From assembly GCA_008632985.1 (NCBI GenBank), contig QPGO01000021.1, positions 682,001-746,000 on the forward strand: 64,000 nucleotides of DNA, given 5' to 3'. Positions 45,571 to 59,000 of this stretch are shown here, in pieces. The DNA comes from Psammoneis japonica (taxonomy: Eukaryota). Made by a program: the position numbers and the translations under genes. The first letter of the stretch is position 1; each line of letters starts with the position of its first letter. The notes beneath the pieces were generated by a model. The model was not told the DNA's origin. It did no database searches and saw nothing but the letters and a program-made list of their open reading frames with translations.

Positions 45571-46867
45571 AACCAGGAGCTCCTTTTCAGTCTCTGCAAA
45601 GACAGAACACAGCCAATTGTTCACAACAACGTCTGCAGACACTTTGACATCACTGGACTCGAGTCAGGTGCACCCACTGGAGTGAACAAAGCTCTCAACA
45701 CATTCACCAGAAGCTTGTCCTGATGGGAATTCAGCATCTTTTTCAAATCAGCTGGGTCCATGCACACACCAAAGCAAGGGATCTGATGCAGATTGGATCC
45801 CGAACGGTGACATCACAGTCATCGGTCCACACGCGACACATGGCGACACCGCCCTTCATCACCAAGGACACAAGAGCATTGGTGTGAAAGCACAGGTTGA
45901 AGAAACGTCCATCAGTTGATGATGAGTGACTCTGATGGATCTTGCACATCAAGTTCTCATCACAGCAACACTTCCACCCCAGTCCTGACATGAATTGCCA
46001 CCTTCAAATGCTTCAGCATCTGCTGTGTTGAGACGGAGGCCGGCACCTTGCACCCATCATGCAGAGCCATTGGATTGGTTTCGACTTGTCCACAAACACC
46101 TCTGTTGAGCTGCACATGGGAAAGGTGCCAACTGGGGTGTGAGATCCAAGCATGTGCATCACTCCAAGATCACCAACTTGATCAAACTCCTTCGCAATGA
46201 CAGGAGCCAACGTTGTGCAAGCCTCTTTCTTCGATGCAGCTGACTTGGAGACTTGGTTGTTGGTGGGACAGGGCATGGATGCTGCCAACAATCACATGCA
46301 TGAAGAATGGCATTCAAGCCATTTTGGAATCTTTGGTTTCTTGTGCTGGTTGCAGCAACGTTGTGGTGCCAAAGGCAATCCAGTGCTCCGCACTTTGTTG
46401 TCAATGGCCTCCATCAAATGCAGGATGAGAGAGCTGAGGCTGAAACCATGATGGCGAGCCTTGCTCAACTTTGGTTCCTGCAGCGTGCAGTGGATGGCTG
46501 CACAGAAATGATGCGTGGTGTTGGGAAAGCATCCTTGCGATTGTGCGAGTGAAATTTTCTTGGGCTGGGTCAAGCTCAGCTTTTTGTCAAGCTTCAACAC
46601 ATGAGAGGAAGCAGATGCAGTGAAGCCACTGAGATCAAAATTGCACTGCACCTTGGTGCAATCAAAGCCAGGGACACAATCCACAGCAACTCCCTGGGCA
46701 AGGTGTTTGTGATCCAGGTGACATTGCAACTCATCGGACTCGAAATGCTTCTCGCACCATGATTGGCATGTTGCTGATGTTGGTGCACTTTGGAGTCAGC
46801 CGAGAAAAGACTCAGGCGACCAAAACCCAAACAAACAAGATGCTTCCACTTGCCATTGAGCTTCAGA

Positions 46868-47263
46868 TGTGTTCCAGCTCCAGGTGGGACCTCACACTGC
46901 TGCGCTGCAACATCAACAGTTTTTTGGATCGTGTCGCATGTCGCACATGTACATTTCTACATGTGACATTCCACAAAATTGTTTCATGCTCCCCATTTTG
47001 CGAAGCCAAAGGCTTTCTGTTTTCAACATTTGTGAGAATGAAAATGTGCTGGGCATTTTCTTCAATGTCTGTAGAATGTGCCCGGGCAAACTGTCAATGA
47101 TGTGCTTCAAGTGTGAAGGAGGGACACATTTGCAAAATTGCTTCTTTTTCTGTTGGCGATCATTTGCACTTTTTCATCACTTAAAACAAATTTGCTGCGG
47201 AGCTCGCACACAGAATTCTGCCGGCCCAATGTCACACAGAGTCCCACCTGGGACTGGAACCCA
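46868..47263 (-). mobile_element. Fourth MITE-like copy, inverted relative to those at 41.2-42.8 kb
   Basis: Ends GAGTCCCACCTGGGACTGGAACCC, the reverse complement of the 41889 start. Confidence 0.65.
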
Positions 47264-50200
47264 TCTTCACTGGTCCAGACAGAGACGCAGTCAATGCATG
47301 ATTTTTTGCTGGGAGGGATCAAAGAAGTTGGGATTGTGTTTGTCGGCATGTGTCAAAAGGGGGGCATCTTCATCGGTGATGCCAAAGTGACCAGCAGGAA
47401 AAATGCCACCAGGAAACAATTCTCTTGCACAGAGACCATCGGATGGGATGCGTTCTTGTGAGAAAATGCCGACTCTCCATCGGGAACAAATTTGCAATTT
47501 CATGACTTTGCACAATCAGACAATGTTTTTGTCATCGCTTCTGAACAGTGGGGTGACAAGTGTGTGGCTCAACCATCCACGCAAAAGGAATCTACCGCCA
47601 TTGCACCCATGAGTGTGGCAATGTCAGTTTTCACCAATTTCAAAGAGACAGGCTTGGAAGCCTCTTTTCCATCATTGTCTGGGGCAGCCCTGTCAGTTGC
47701 AACTGCTGATGCACCAGAAAATGGCATGGAGTGGTGACCGGCAATCATGGAATCCATGCCGGCCTTCTTTCCAACTGGGGACACCACATGATCCAAAGAT
47801 GATGCAACTGCAGACCTCTTCCTTGGCAACAATTAAAAGTCAGACTCTCTGGCTGCAGGGCTGTCCATTGCAGCAAGCACCAAATCAACACCAGCACCCA
47901 AATCAAGCAGACCACCACCCCACAAGCCATCATCGGCATGGACCTTCAACGACTCTCCAGTTGGCACCGGATCCACTGAGACATCTTGCACAAGTGAAAC
48001 TTGGGGGAAACCACCAAAGAGGGATGAAGAGAAGGAGAGCAGGAAGAAGAAAGCTTCTTCACAACCAAAGCAGCAGAACATTCCAACTGACATGACATGG
48101 TGGTGACAACAACACAAAAATCCGGTCTGTGACACAGCAGCAAAGATGCAACAGTGTCATGAGCAAATGAACAAAGTGACGCTGGAAAAAAGGAGAGAGC
48201 ACTTGCTGATGCAGCACTCACTTAAATGCCGGGAGCAGCATTGTCACTGCAAAGCCAGGCCAGTCGTTGAGCATCAAACAAGGACAGAACACAAACAGAA
48301 AGCAAAGTGAGAAAATGGGAGGCAACGGGTGCACAAGCAGCAGCAAGCACAAAGCAAAACAAAAAAGAACACTTGTGGCAGTGTGAGTGTCATTGTGGGA
48401 GGGACCAACATGAGCACATTAAGAGCTGAGCAACATGCCGTGGAACAAGTGTTGCAGCAGCAAAGGGAAAAAAGGATTCATTGTCACATTGCATTTTGTG
48501 AAATTCTGAACGGCATTGTTGAGAGAACAAAATTTGAAAAACAACAGTTGGAAAGGTGTTGTGTTTCTAAATGTGAGTGATGAACATTGTGGTGCTCTCA
48601 TGCACACAGATGTTGCAATGAAAAAGACATCAGAAGCTCCATCAGACAGAAATGCACAGGGTGAGAGAAGGTCGGGCAGGGCAAACCTGACTCACCAACA
48701 TGGGGGACATTGCACAGGTGCAGATGGGATTTGTTTCATGATGGCTGGCACATGACTGCCAGCTTGGTGGAGCTGTCACAACGAAACTTGTGAAAACCGA
48801 TTCTGAAGAATCCGGGCGCTGATTCTGAAGAATCGGATTTCTGTTGTTGAACGCCAAATTTGAGCTCAACGTGCATGCTCAGTGGACAATTCACAAGTTC
48901 TGCCATCCTGTTTTCTTGAGAGTTGAAGTTTGATTCTTGAGAATGGCTGTTGCTGATTTTTAAGAAAACTGCTCATGTGTGACGCATCTACAAATTTGAC
49001 ATTGCAACGTCTGTCAATGAAAATGAACAATTGGCAATTTGAGCACAATCAATTTTTGCACCGACTTCAAAATTGTGAAGGACAATGGTGGCTTCAGTGC
49101 AAAGAAGCAACATCAATCAAGACATTGTGATGAACATTGCAGCCTTGTGCAACAGAGCATGGCTTGCATCACTTGTGAGAGTCTTTCTGTGCTTTGGAAG
49201 CTGTTTCGGAGTCGAAAATGCTGTCAAAAACACTCTTGCTCGATGTTGTTGTTGTGCTCTTTCAACCAAAAAAAGCAATGAAGAAGTCAATTCTTCTCAA
49301 ATTGTTTGATTCATTGACATGTGAGCTGTTGACACACAACACATGGTTGATGGTTGGGGCTGTTGATTGACTTCTCGTCGACAATGATCGCCATTTTGTC
49401 TGTAGATTCATGTGACAGATTTTTCACAAGAGTTCCATTTTCACAAGATTCCAATTGGTGGCACAAGGTCCAATTCTCAAGAATGGATTTTCACAAGATT
49501 CCATGCAGGATTCTGTGGAATCTGGAATCGTCGCAACAGAGCCAAATTTCGTGCCACAAAGCGGGCGCTTGTTTCAAAGTCAGCACACAAGGAGGTGGTG
49601 GCCAAGCCAGATCTCTAAAACACATCAATGACCATGTGAACTAACCCAGATGCAGCAGATTCAACAGTGTTGTTTGCGTGCTCAGTTTCTTTTAGAGCAG
49701 GGAGTCAAAAAAAGGCACAAAATGAGGTTGCAAGAACTTCGCACTTTTTGAAAGGGGAGAAGCCACCAAACAAAATCATTCACAACAAGCCTGTCTGTTT
49801 GCACTGAAAAAGTTGAACAACAACCACAGACAAAAAATGCCATGGCGACAATGGCTTTTTTTGCCACAAGGCAGAAATTTGGTGCTCGTGTGGGCGGTCA
49901 TTGTCGTTGCTGTGTTGGGAGGGTGCTTGCTTCTCTTGTCTGCTGTTTTGTCATGGTTTTCCCTGCCATGCTGGTGCTGGAGCTTTTGACAAAATCTCAT
50001 GGAGTGCTCCAAGCCAGTGACATCCACTTTTGTGTGGCAGCAATGACTCCAGAGTGTTTGGTTCATGCTCCCCCCCCCCATGTTTTCACTGACCCATCTC
50101 CTGGCTCACAAAAAAGTGCTCTTGTTCTCATCTCTGGTGGCAAGTGGTCTCTCCAGGCAGCTCATTGCAGCTCTTTTCAGCTTTGTTGCTCCTCTGAGTT

Positions 50201-50815
50201 TGCCTCCCTTTTGGCATCCTCTGGTTTGTCTCGAGTCTCCACTCTGAGTCTCTTGGCACGGGTCTTCGTGACCATCAGGTTAGAACCGCCAACATCAAGC
50301 ATGTTGGCCTCGGCATGTCAGTTCAAAATTCAAACATCCATGACGTGATATTTTAAAAACGGCAGTATTCCGTTGAATATTTTACATACAATATAAATAT
50401 TTTTATATTCTTCAGTTGTACAGTACTACTGGACGTACGTATTACAATACGTATTTATTCGCAGGACACATACACACTGCAAAAATTTGTCGTTGGTCAT
50501 TTTTGGTCTACTGTACAGTACGGTAGTCCATTCCTCGGTCCTCGGCAAGTGGCAAGTCCTCGGTCATCTCTCATCAACGCGATCAGCAAAGCATCGGCAT
50601 CAGATGCTGTTGCATTGCCTTTGTCCTTGCTTTTGACAACACCTCTCATCACCTACCCGGCGGCGTTCAGGCCATCAAATCACAATCAGAATCATCGGTT
50701 GTTTTCGCAATTGTGGCTTGTCCCTACTCACCAGTCGCTCAAAGTATCGTTCCTTGAAGCATCGGCGTTTCGGTCACACAGCATACGTAGTATATTGTGA
50801 AAAAGTCAGAAGAAG

Positions 50816-52024
50816 ATGTTCATGCCGGCGAGAGGAAGCACCTGTCGCAAAACGCACTTGGTTGTGGTGTTATTTGCCTTTGCCGGCCTTGTCGCAGGAA
50901 AACTCTACGCAGCTTTCAGCGTGCAGGATACTCCGTCATCGTCGTTGAAGAAAAAGTCTCAAAAGGTGGTCAATCGAGAACTGCCAGTCGACGGTGGCAT
51001 CAATGACACACGTCCCTTCTTCATCTTTCACATTGGTCCGCCCAAAACCGGGACAAGCTCGATTCAGACCTTTTTGAGACAGAAGAAAGATCTATTTCCT
51101 TTGGACAACTACAAAGCCTTTTATGATGGGCCGGCGGTGCAGGGGATAAAGGCATGTTTGAGTCAAAAACCCAATCCGAACGACTCACCATGCTACCAAC
51201 CATACTTGGATGAATTTGTGCGGCAGGAGGCAAATATCGTTATGTCAGATGAAAACTTCATTGGACACATTGGGACGGAGAAGTGGAGCGAGTTCTATGG
51301 TGCACTACAGCAACACTTTCAACTCAAAGTTGTACTTTATTATCGAAGACACTTTGACAGGCTGGCAAGTCTACGAAAAGAGTCTTTCCGTGCACGACCA
51401 AGCACAGGATTCAGGGAAATTCCGACCATTGTCTCGTTCTACGAGACATCCTTAAGAGATAGACGAGGTTGGAGTCTTTCGGCATCGCCGACGTTGTTCG
51501 TCGAAATTGCCCGTGATCTTGAGAGGCAAAAACGTGACAATGCAACGCAGATTGTGGTCCATAATTTTCATGTACAAGATGTTGTCGAGGATTTCTACTG
51601 TGATGTGGTGCCGAACGCTCCTCATGTATGTGGCGTTTTCCCGGCGAAGCGGCCTCGAGAAAATCCCGGATATGCTTGGATTGACTACGACAGCATCGCC
51701 TATGAAGCCAGGAAGCGGGGGATCCTCCCCCAAACTGTCACCAGGAAACAAGCGATGGAGTATGTAAAGCATTATCAAGAACAAATTTTGAACAGGACTG
51801 TCAATGATTTGCCAGAGACCTGCCTGTCACCCGCACAGTTGGAGCAACTGCGACAAGCAAGTTATGACGCAGAAATGAAGCTCATGCCGTCCATGATTGC
51901 GTCGCACAACGACGAATTCGAAAAATCCAAGGGAAAGCTTTGCAGTGTCGATGCTCCAAAAGTTTTAGAGGACAACGGCTGGCAGTCCTTTCTTCGTGAC
52001 ATCAAGGCTGATCCCCAAGAATAA
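50816..52024 (+). CDS. Type II membrane sulfotransferase-like protein (402 aa)
   Basis: N-terminal TM helix; FIFHIGPPKTGTSSIQ (5'-PSB loop), MSDENF, VLYYRR..RLAS (3'-PB-like). Confidence 0.75.
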   Translation: MFMPARGSTCRKTHLVVVLFAFAGLVAGKLYAAFSVQDTPSSSLKKKSQKVVNRELPVDGGINDTRPFFIFHIGPPKTGTSSIQTFLRQKKDLFPLDNYKAFYDGPAVQGIKACLSQKPNPNDSPCYQPYLDEFVRQEANIVMSDENFIGHIGTEKWSEFYGALQQHFQLKVVLYYRRHFDRLASLRKESFRARPSTGFREIPTIVSFYETSLRDRRGWSLSASPTLFVEIARDLERQKRDNATQIVVHNFHVQDVVEDFYCDVVPNAPHVCGVFPAKRPRENPGYAWIDYDSIAYEARKRGILPQTVTRKQAMEYVKHYQEQILNRTVNDLPETCLSPAQLEQLRQASYDAEMKLMPSMIASHNDEFEKSKGKLCSVDAPKVLEDNGWQSFLRDIKADPQE

Positions 52025-54583
52025 TGATTGGAATGTTCCACTGTAACATTTCCTTGCGACTCGAAGTCCGGGAGTTTTATTGTCCCTCCACTGCTCTCAC
52101 GATCTATGTGGTTAACTTTTCGTATGATAGAACTTTTAGCAAAAACTACAACTACCGTATGGATACAGTATGTCGGTTCCTGCTGCAAGGTGAATGTAAA
52201 AAAGCAAGACCGCCCTCGAGATCTCCCGCCCCCCACACATGCATACACACAGCACTGCGTCATTTTCTCTTTAGGCCCTGTCAATGACTTAATGCTGTAG
52301 TCCTGTGTATTTAAATTTGGCATGCGATGGCAGCAGCAGCTTGAACTTGAGTCAAACAAGCTGGGAAGGGAGGGAAGAGTTGCAGACCGAACCATCCAAG
52401 TTCTCGTCTCCTTTTTTAATGCTTGAGCTCCTGCCTTCTCAGCAGCACAAGAAAATGCTGAGTGTGTTGCCCAAGCAGGTCAGCAGCTCAATCACCAAGC
52501 CCACCCAAAAGATCTGCCCCAGCACATGCCACCAGGGGCATTGCCATGCTGCAGCACAACAAGCTTTGCAGCTGACAACCACTGGTGCAGACCTGATGAG
52601 GCACTTCACATTTTTGTTGAAGTTGCCAAATGGAGTTCAATTTGCTGGCACCACACATGTGGCAGCCAGCCATGTTGAAAGAGCAAAAAAATCTTGCAAC
52701 AGTGTTGAGCACTCTTCTTCCACACTTTTGTGCCTTGTGCAAAAAGAGAAAGTTGTTCATGAGGTCAAAAGAAAGATCACTTGAAAAAATGATCAAATGA
52801 GGCAAACTTTTCCCGCACATGGCTTGTGTTTGCCACTTGCTTTGAGGAACTCCACAGCACACTTTTTGAGGTTTTCTGAGACATCTTGTCAGCAGCAGCT
52901 TCAAGACATGCATGGTGAAAAGACCCCCCAATCATTTGCCACAGTGCTGCTGTCTGTCCTCTTGTCAGAAAGCCTTGTTTGCTTGCTTGCTGTGCTTTGC
53001 ATGAGATGGAGTTTGAGCCATCTTCTGTTTCCAACATTGATGGTCATTGAGAGTGTGTGGCCCACAACAACTTTGCTGAGGGAGAGCAAGTGAGTGAGGT
53101 GCGGCAAGCAGTGGCAACATCCCCTCAGCTGAGTGTGCATGAGCTGTCCACATCATGTGTGCTTGCAAAATGGGCAAGCAGAGCATGCAATGAAAATGAG
53201 TGCAAGCCAGCTTTCTTTGACACCGGTGAATGTTGACCATGCAGCGCAACTTTGTGCTCTGATGATGCAGGTTTGGATGTGAACATTGGCCAGCACATTG
53301 AGCTGCTTGTGCAGGTTTTCACTGCCAGGCACTGAGAAGCCCCTCAACAACCAAGTGCAGGACTTTTTCCCTGGCCAGAGGTGGGAAGTTCATGATCCCC
53401 TCCTGTGCTGCATTTTTCACCAACCTTGTGGCCCTTCTTGCAGCCTCATTTTTTTGCAGAGCATGAGTTGCTGTCCACAGTGAAGCACAGGCCTTGACCC
53501 ACCTTTGCTGCCAGCATGACTTGAGTGGCCATGTGTGTTTGTGGTCTTTTTGTGGCGTTGACATTGCGACGTTGCTTGGACAATTTGAAGTCATGTCGCC
53601 AAGCCACATTCTGGGGGGCCACACTGTTCTTTGTGACTCGTCTGGTGCAGGCAGTTCTGCTTCTTTGTGCTTCATTGAATGAGGTCCTCGTATGACGATG
53701 ACAGCTGGGGACAAGGCGCTGCATGCAATTGGGATTCTTTTCTCTCTCGCACCAGTGGTGCTCCAGTTCTATCTACACCCTTGCCATTTGTTGTCGCTTT
53801 TACGTTGAGGATGGTGATGCAATTGCTGAAAGGCTCAAAGAGAGCGAACACTCGAGTCAAAGCAGTTTGAATGTCGATGAGGTGGACTCGAGTGAAGGGA
53901 GGAGCACAAGCGAGGACAGGGAAGAAAACGTCTTGTGTGCGGACAAAGAGGAGAATGAATCATTGTCTCATCAACGGAGCCACAGAAGGAATCGACATAA
54001 GAGAACTGGGCGGAGCTCGTTGTTCACTACAGAGTCCATGAGAAACATGCGTTTGAGTGTTACATCCATTCGCTCAAGCTTGAACCAGTCCGTGCTGGCC
54101 ATGACAGAAGGGATGAAAGATGCTCTAGATCCATGGTGTCATTCTGAAATTGTTTCTTGACTGTTTTTTAACTCAGAATCAGGTGATCGGGATTTCCCAT
54201 CCTCGTTTGCTGGCTCAGCTGCCGCAGTCCTGTTGCATTTCTGTGGTTGAGTGTTTCACGTTCGCACCATGAGTGTGCATTTGTGTTTGTGCATTTTTAA
54301 ATGGACCAAGTGGTTTTGACAATGAGAGAGAACGCGAAGAACAGTGGCTCGAAGAAAAGGACTCTGAGCATCTAAGTTCTGAAATGTCATCACTCCACAG
54401 ATTTTCTTGTTGGATTGGAACCCAAGATGACCGCATTTCGAAGCTCTTCTCATTGATTTCCAGTTGGCGTGTCTCCTCGAGAAGCTGCAGCTCTTCTGCT
54501 TTGGCAGTGAGGCACTCTGTGCATTCAATGATCTTGGGACAAAAGCGAGAAGGTGTCATCAGCCATTCACCATGATCAAGTCC

Positions 54584-56040
54584 TCAAAACACAAAAACTC
54601 CCAAGTTGCCCAATTCACTTGTCTTCGTATCTTCAAAGTCCCGCACAGAAAATCCATGTGATCGCAGGTGGGACTCCTGAACATCCGAAGGGGCCAGGCG
54701 GTTGTTGCCACTCAGGAAGATCACGCATGGTTTCTTGCCAATGTCCTCGACGAAGAGGTTGCCTCGTGCCCACGAGAACTGACGCTGGATCGCCCATTTC
54801 ACCATCACATCCAAGCGAATGATGCATGATGCATCACCCGGATTTGGGAGATGGCAAACAAGACGATGCGTGAGAGCCGCACTGCACAGACAAAAACACA
54901 CTGGATCAAGAAAAACCAACACCGCAACAAAACTTGGGGTGCACTTCACAATGTACGAGACAATGAAACTCCCATGGGAATGGCACTGAAATGTTGCTTT
55001 GTGATGGCCATGATGGGCCAACATTGCAGTGAGAGAAGCGGCAACCTGCCTGGGAGACTGCACGGAGCTGGGCATGACCCACGGTCGAAACGCAGATGCG
55101 GTCGCTATTTCGGGAAGGAAGATCAGACGCTTGGCACGAAGAAGCTCCAAAACAAGAGGAACACACATTGCAACACCCAATCCAATGCCGTGAACAAACA
55201 CAATGGGAGTTTTTTGTTCTTCATCGTCGTTTCCTGGCTTTCCATTTGGGTTGCAGCAGCATGACGTGGAACAAATCACGTGTCTGCGAAAGCCAAGCCA
55301 CCACATCACCAAACGAAGCACAACCTCGGCTGGTGCGACAATGAGGACATGTAAAAAAAGAGGAAAAAGCTTGATTCCCAAAAGTGGATCCGAAGTTGGG
55401 CGAAGGTGTCGTTGGGCATTCGGGGGAGATGAGTGACATTCCTCTTGCTTCTTCTCTTCATTTCCTTCCTCGTGCAGTGCTTGATGACATTCTGTGATTT
55501 GTTGCATTGGGTCTGCCAGTGCAGATGCAGGAATGTCATGCGACTCTGGCACAAGTTGTTCCAGCAGCCTTCTAAATCCTCTGACCCTCAGCAGCTTCCC
55601 TTCGTCTCCTTTTCTACCTCCAGAGCCCGCATCATCGGTGTCGGAACCAGGCACTGAGGCGATTTGCGATTCGCACTTAAGGTCACCCAGGCTTGCCAAC
55701 GGTGCATTGCTTGGACGATGTGAAACACCATTGCCATCCCCTCGATTGATCTTCTGCAGAACTTGTGTTGTACGAACATGTCGACTTGCTTGTGTTCACG
55801 GTCAAGCAGATGTTCTTGGCTCCTCCCATTGAAGAAGCCCCACGCAATGAAGTTTCTCAGGTCGTGCAGTGCAACACTGTCAACATCTACATCATGAAGC
55901 CATCGTTGAAAATGCTCAGCGACGCTGTTCTTTTCTGCTTTGAGGACACGGTCCCAGAGCAAGATTCGTTCCTCCATTGGCACGATCGGCGCTGCTTGCA
56001 ATGCAGCTTCCATTGGGCACATCGACTTGAGGCACGCAAA
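54584..56040 (-). pseudogene. Hypermutated host alpha/beta hydrolase pseudogene, 5'-truncated at a LINE tail
   Basis: PIVFVHGIGLG, CHSHGS (GHSYGS-like elbow), FLDPVCF; frameshift at ~55700; Tyr almost absent. Confidence 0.7.
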
Positions 56041-59000
56041 TTTCAATTCAATTCAATTCAATCTTAAAATTTGCGCCGCTGCTTTCAGCAGTTGCCTGAG
56101 GCTTGGTCACGCCTGATTCTTCCTTTCAATCCACAACCATGGAATGGAGTCAGAGCGTCGTTACAAAACACATGCAATTGCGCTTGATGGGTCGTGGAGC
56201 GCTAGAAAACTGCACCCATTTCTGTCATTGGTCAGTTTGTAGTGAGGGCAGTGACCGCACGTTTTGCTGTTTCTACTGCCGCAAGCCAGTGTCTTTTGAA
56301 GTCCATGTCTTTGGCGTGTGCCTCCTCCATGGACTTAGAAAACCACCTGGCGCACTGGGGCAAATTGGAGGGGTGATCAAAGAATGCTGCATGTTCATTT
56401 TCAATCCGTCCATCGAGGATGCTGTTGACAGTGAGTCTTGATTCAGAGGTTGGAGATGCGGCCGCTTGCATTCGGTGTTGCCACATGTCCCATGCCGCAC
56501 TCCACAGTTGTTGGATGAGACCTGCTGCCCATCGCTCTCCTGTGTTCCGGTGCTGAATGAATTCGCAGTGCGCCTGTTGAGCTGCTGCCCACTCTGTCGC
56601 TAGGAATCCTCGCACCAAAGAGTGATCACCAAGTTGCTCTTGTGCTGTGAATGCCTGTTGCACCTGTGGGTGGTCTGATGTTGGTGCAGGGCAAGGAATC
56701 TCATCGTGCCAGCTCTTTGTGATTCGCATGATGCCCTTTCTTAAGTCCGGATGAGTTGAATGATCCGTCATCCACTTCTCCAAGCTTTCACCTTTTTCTG
56801 CCACAGTTCCTGCGCCGCTTGGGCCTTGCACTTTAACACGTGGTCTGTCCCTTTTTCATCCTCCCCACATCTCGGGCATGCTGCACTCTCCACTTTTTTC
56901 CCTTGATGCATGTTGTCATTCGTGGGAACGAAGCCTGTGTTCCACTTTGGTTGCCACAGTTGTCGGAACGTTGGGCACCTGTGCATTGCTCGTCCTGGGG
57001 CTTGCCAATCGATGTTCACATGTGTGTGCTCAACCTTGAGCTTCTTCTTCCAGCACTCTGTTGCAGACGGACCACAAATGTGATCGAGGACCCTTTGTTC
57101 TTTCCACGAAGTCATCGTTGTGTCACGCAGCCTTGCCGTCCAGATCGGTTGGGCAATTTCACACGGAGAGGCACCTTCGTGCTTTCGTAGAGCTTCCCAG
57201 CGTGCCTTTGCTAAAAGATCCATTTCAACATTCAGTTGTTCGATGCAGGAAAGTTCTTGCAGCGGCACTCTCTGATCCTCATGGCCTTCCACCTCGATGG
57301 CCTCCACTGTTGCAGGGAGTTCCTGAAGCATGCTCCTGACAGCATGAATCAGATCACAGTTGGTGAGAGATGGTGCGTTGCATGAATTGTGAAAGCACGT
57401 TCTTGGTCCAAGATCGCAGTCACATGCCAGCATTGTCTTCCCACTGCTGATGTTGTGCTGTTTGCACAACCTTTGGAGAAGTGCCACAATGCCAAAGACA
57501 CCTCCCAGTTCCCCTCCATAGGGTGCAAGGTCTGTGGCATCCCCCGGCGTCTGGTTCACTCCCTTGTGCCGGTGTGAGTGTCCTTCGCTGGGTGGCAAAA
57601 TCATGCCCGCAGTTGCCAATCCTTCTTTGTAAGATCCATCTGCAACACTCAAGGCCGTCCCTTGTTCAGTTCCGTGAACCAATGCAGACAAGTCCGGTTG
57701 GTGTCCGTGCAGAATGAACGACCAGCCCACATTGCTGAGAGCTCTCCCCGGATCAACCGCTGGCTGGATCTGTGCTGTTCCTGTTTGCATCATCCTGGGA
57801 CTGTTCCTTGTGACCTGAGCAGGCAAGGCGTCCTGAGGCATGACGTTGATGGCGCCATTTAGTTGACGCCGTGGTCGTCTGTTCTGTCTGTTCTGAGGTG
57901 TTCTTGTGTGCAGTGCAATTTCTTCCTTTTCCTTGCAGTGCACTCTGTCGTCTAATTCAGAATGCCACCACGCTGTTGTCGGTTCTTGCATCCAATGTTC
58001 GAGTGGTCTTCGTAGTCGGAGTTGTTGATTCCTGCCCATTGCAAGAAAGCTTGTTGTCAGCGCTTCCTGCCAAAGTCGCCAACACGGTCTAGAGGGGTGC
58101 CCTGCCTTCGGCCAGTTGTGTGTTGTCGGACATGTGGCTGTGCCATGCCAATGATCCGGGAGAATCCTGCTGCTGTCTCCTGACACTACGTCCGACAGCC
58201 GCACTGCTTTCAGCCACATTCAACACAGGTTAATCTTTCTTGGATGGTTGCCTTTGCAGCCATGTGCTTTGAATGCTTCCATCAAGTGCTTGTCATTTTG
58301 CTGCAGTGGAGGAGTTGTGGTTGTCGGAGAGAGCAATTCAATCGAGTGCGACGAACAAAAGTGCCAAAGCGATTTGATCCATGTCTTTGTGACTAGAATC
58401 GCAAATTTGTTGCGTTCCAGTGAGAAGATTTTGTCTCCTTGCCCGAGTTCAAGTGCCATGGTCTCACACACATGTTGCATTTCTCTTCCTGTCATCAACG
58501 GTGAGTCGATTTGTTGCAAAAAGACAGCCACTTTAGTGATCCCCTGTTTCACAAATGGTTCCGACAGGCCCAGTCCATTGAATCGTTTGGGAGCGAAGAG
58601 AATCCTTTTGGGGAATGATCAAGGGCACCCCATTGCCAGCAATGCCACTTCGTGTGGCGGTTTCTCTGTTCTCTGGCATTCCGCTTTTGTTGGAGATGCA
58701 GCTGCCAGTGGATGCTCAATGGATTTCACAATGCCGCCCATCAGAGAGAACCAGGCCTCCGTTCTGTTGAGATGTCCGCATCACACTTGATCCGCCCATT
58801 TGCCCACTTTGATTTCCATTGCCTCCATCTGAGCATCCGAGTTTCCGTCTAGTGCGATGTGCACCCCCAGCATTTCTCTCGCTTCCAATGCTTCCATCCT
58901 CTCTGCTGTTGTCCTGTTTCCCTCGTGATCCAGTGGGGTGATGTTGCCTGGTGATTCCTCCTTGCTTTGATGCTTCCAGCGGTCATTTTCCCACTTGAAG

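Noticed and set aside
40000..50340. Hundreds of overlapping Cys/His-rich ORFs in all six frames
   Set aside because: By-product of TpA loss, which removes TAA/TAG stops and Tyr codons; not genes.
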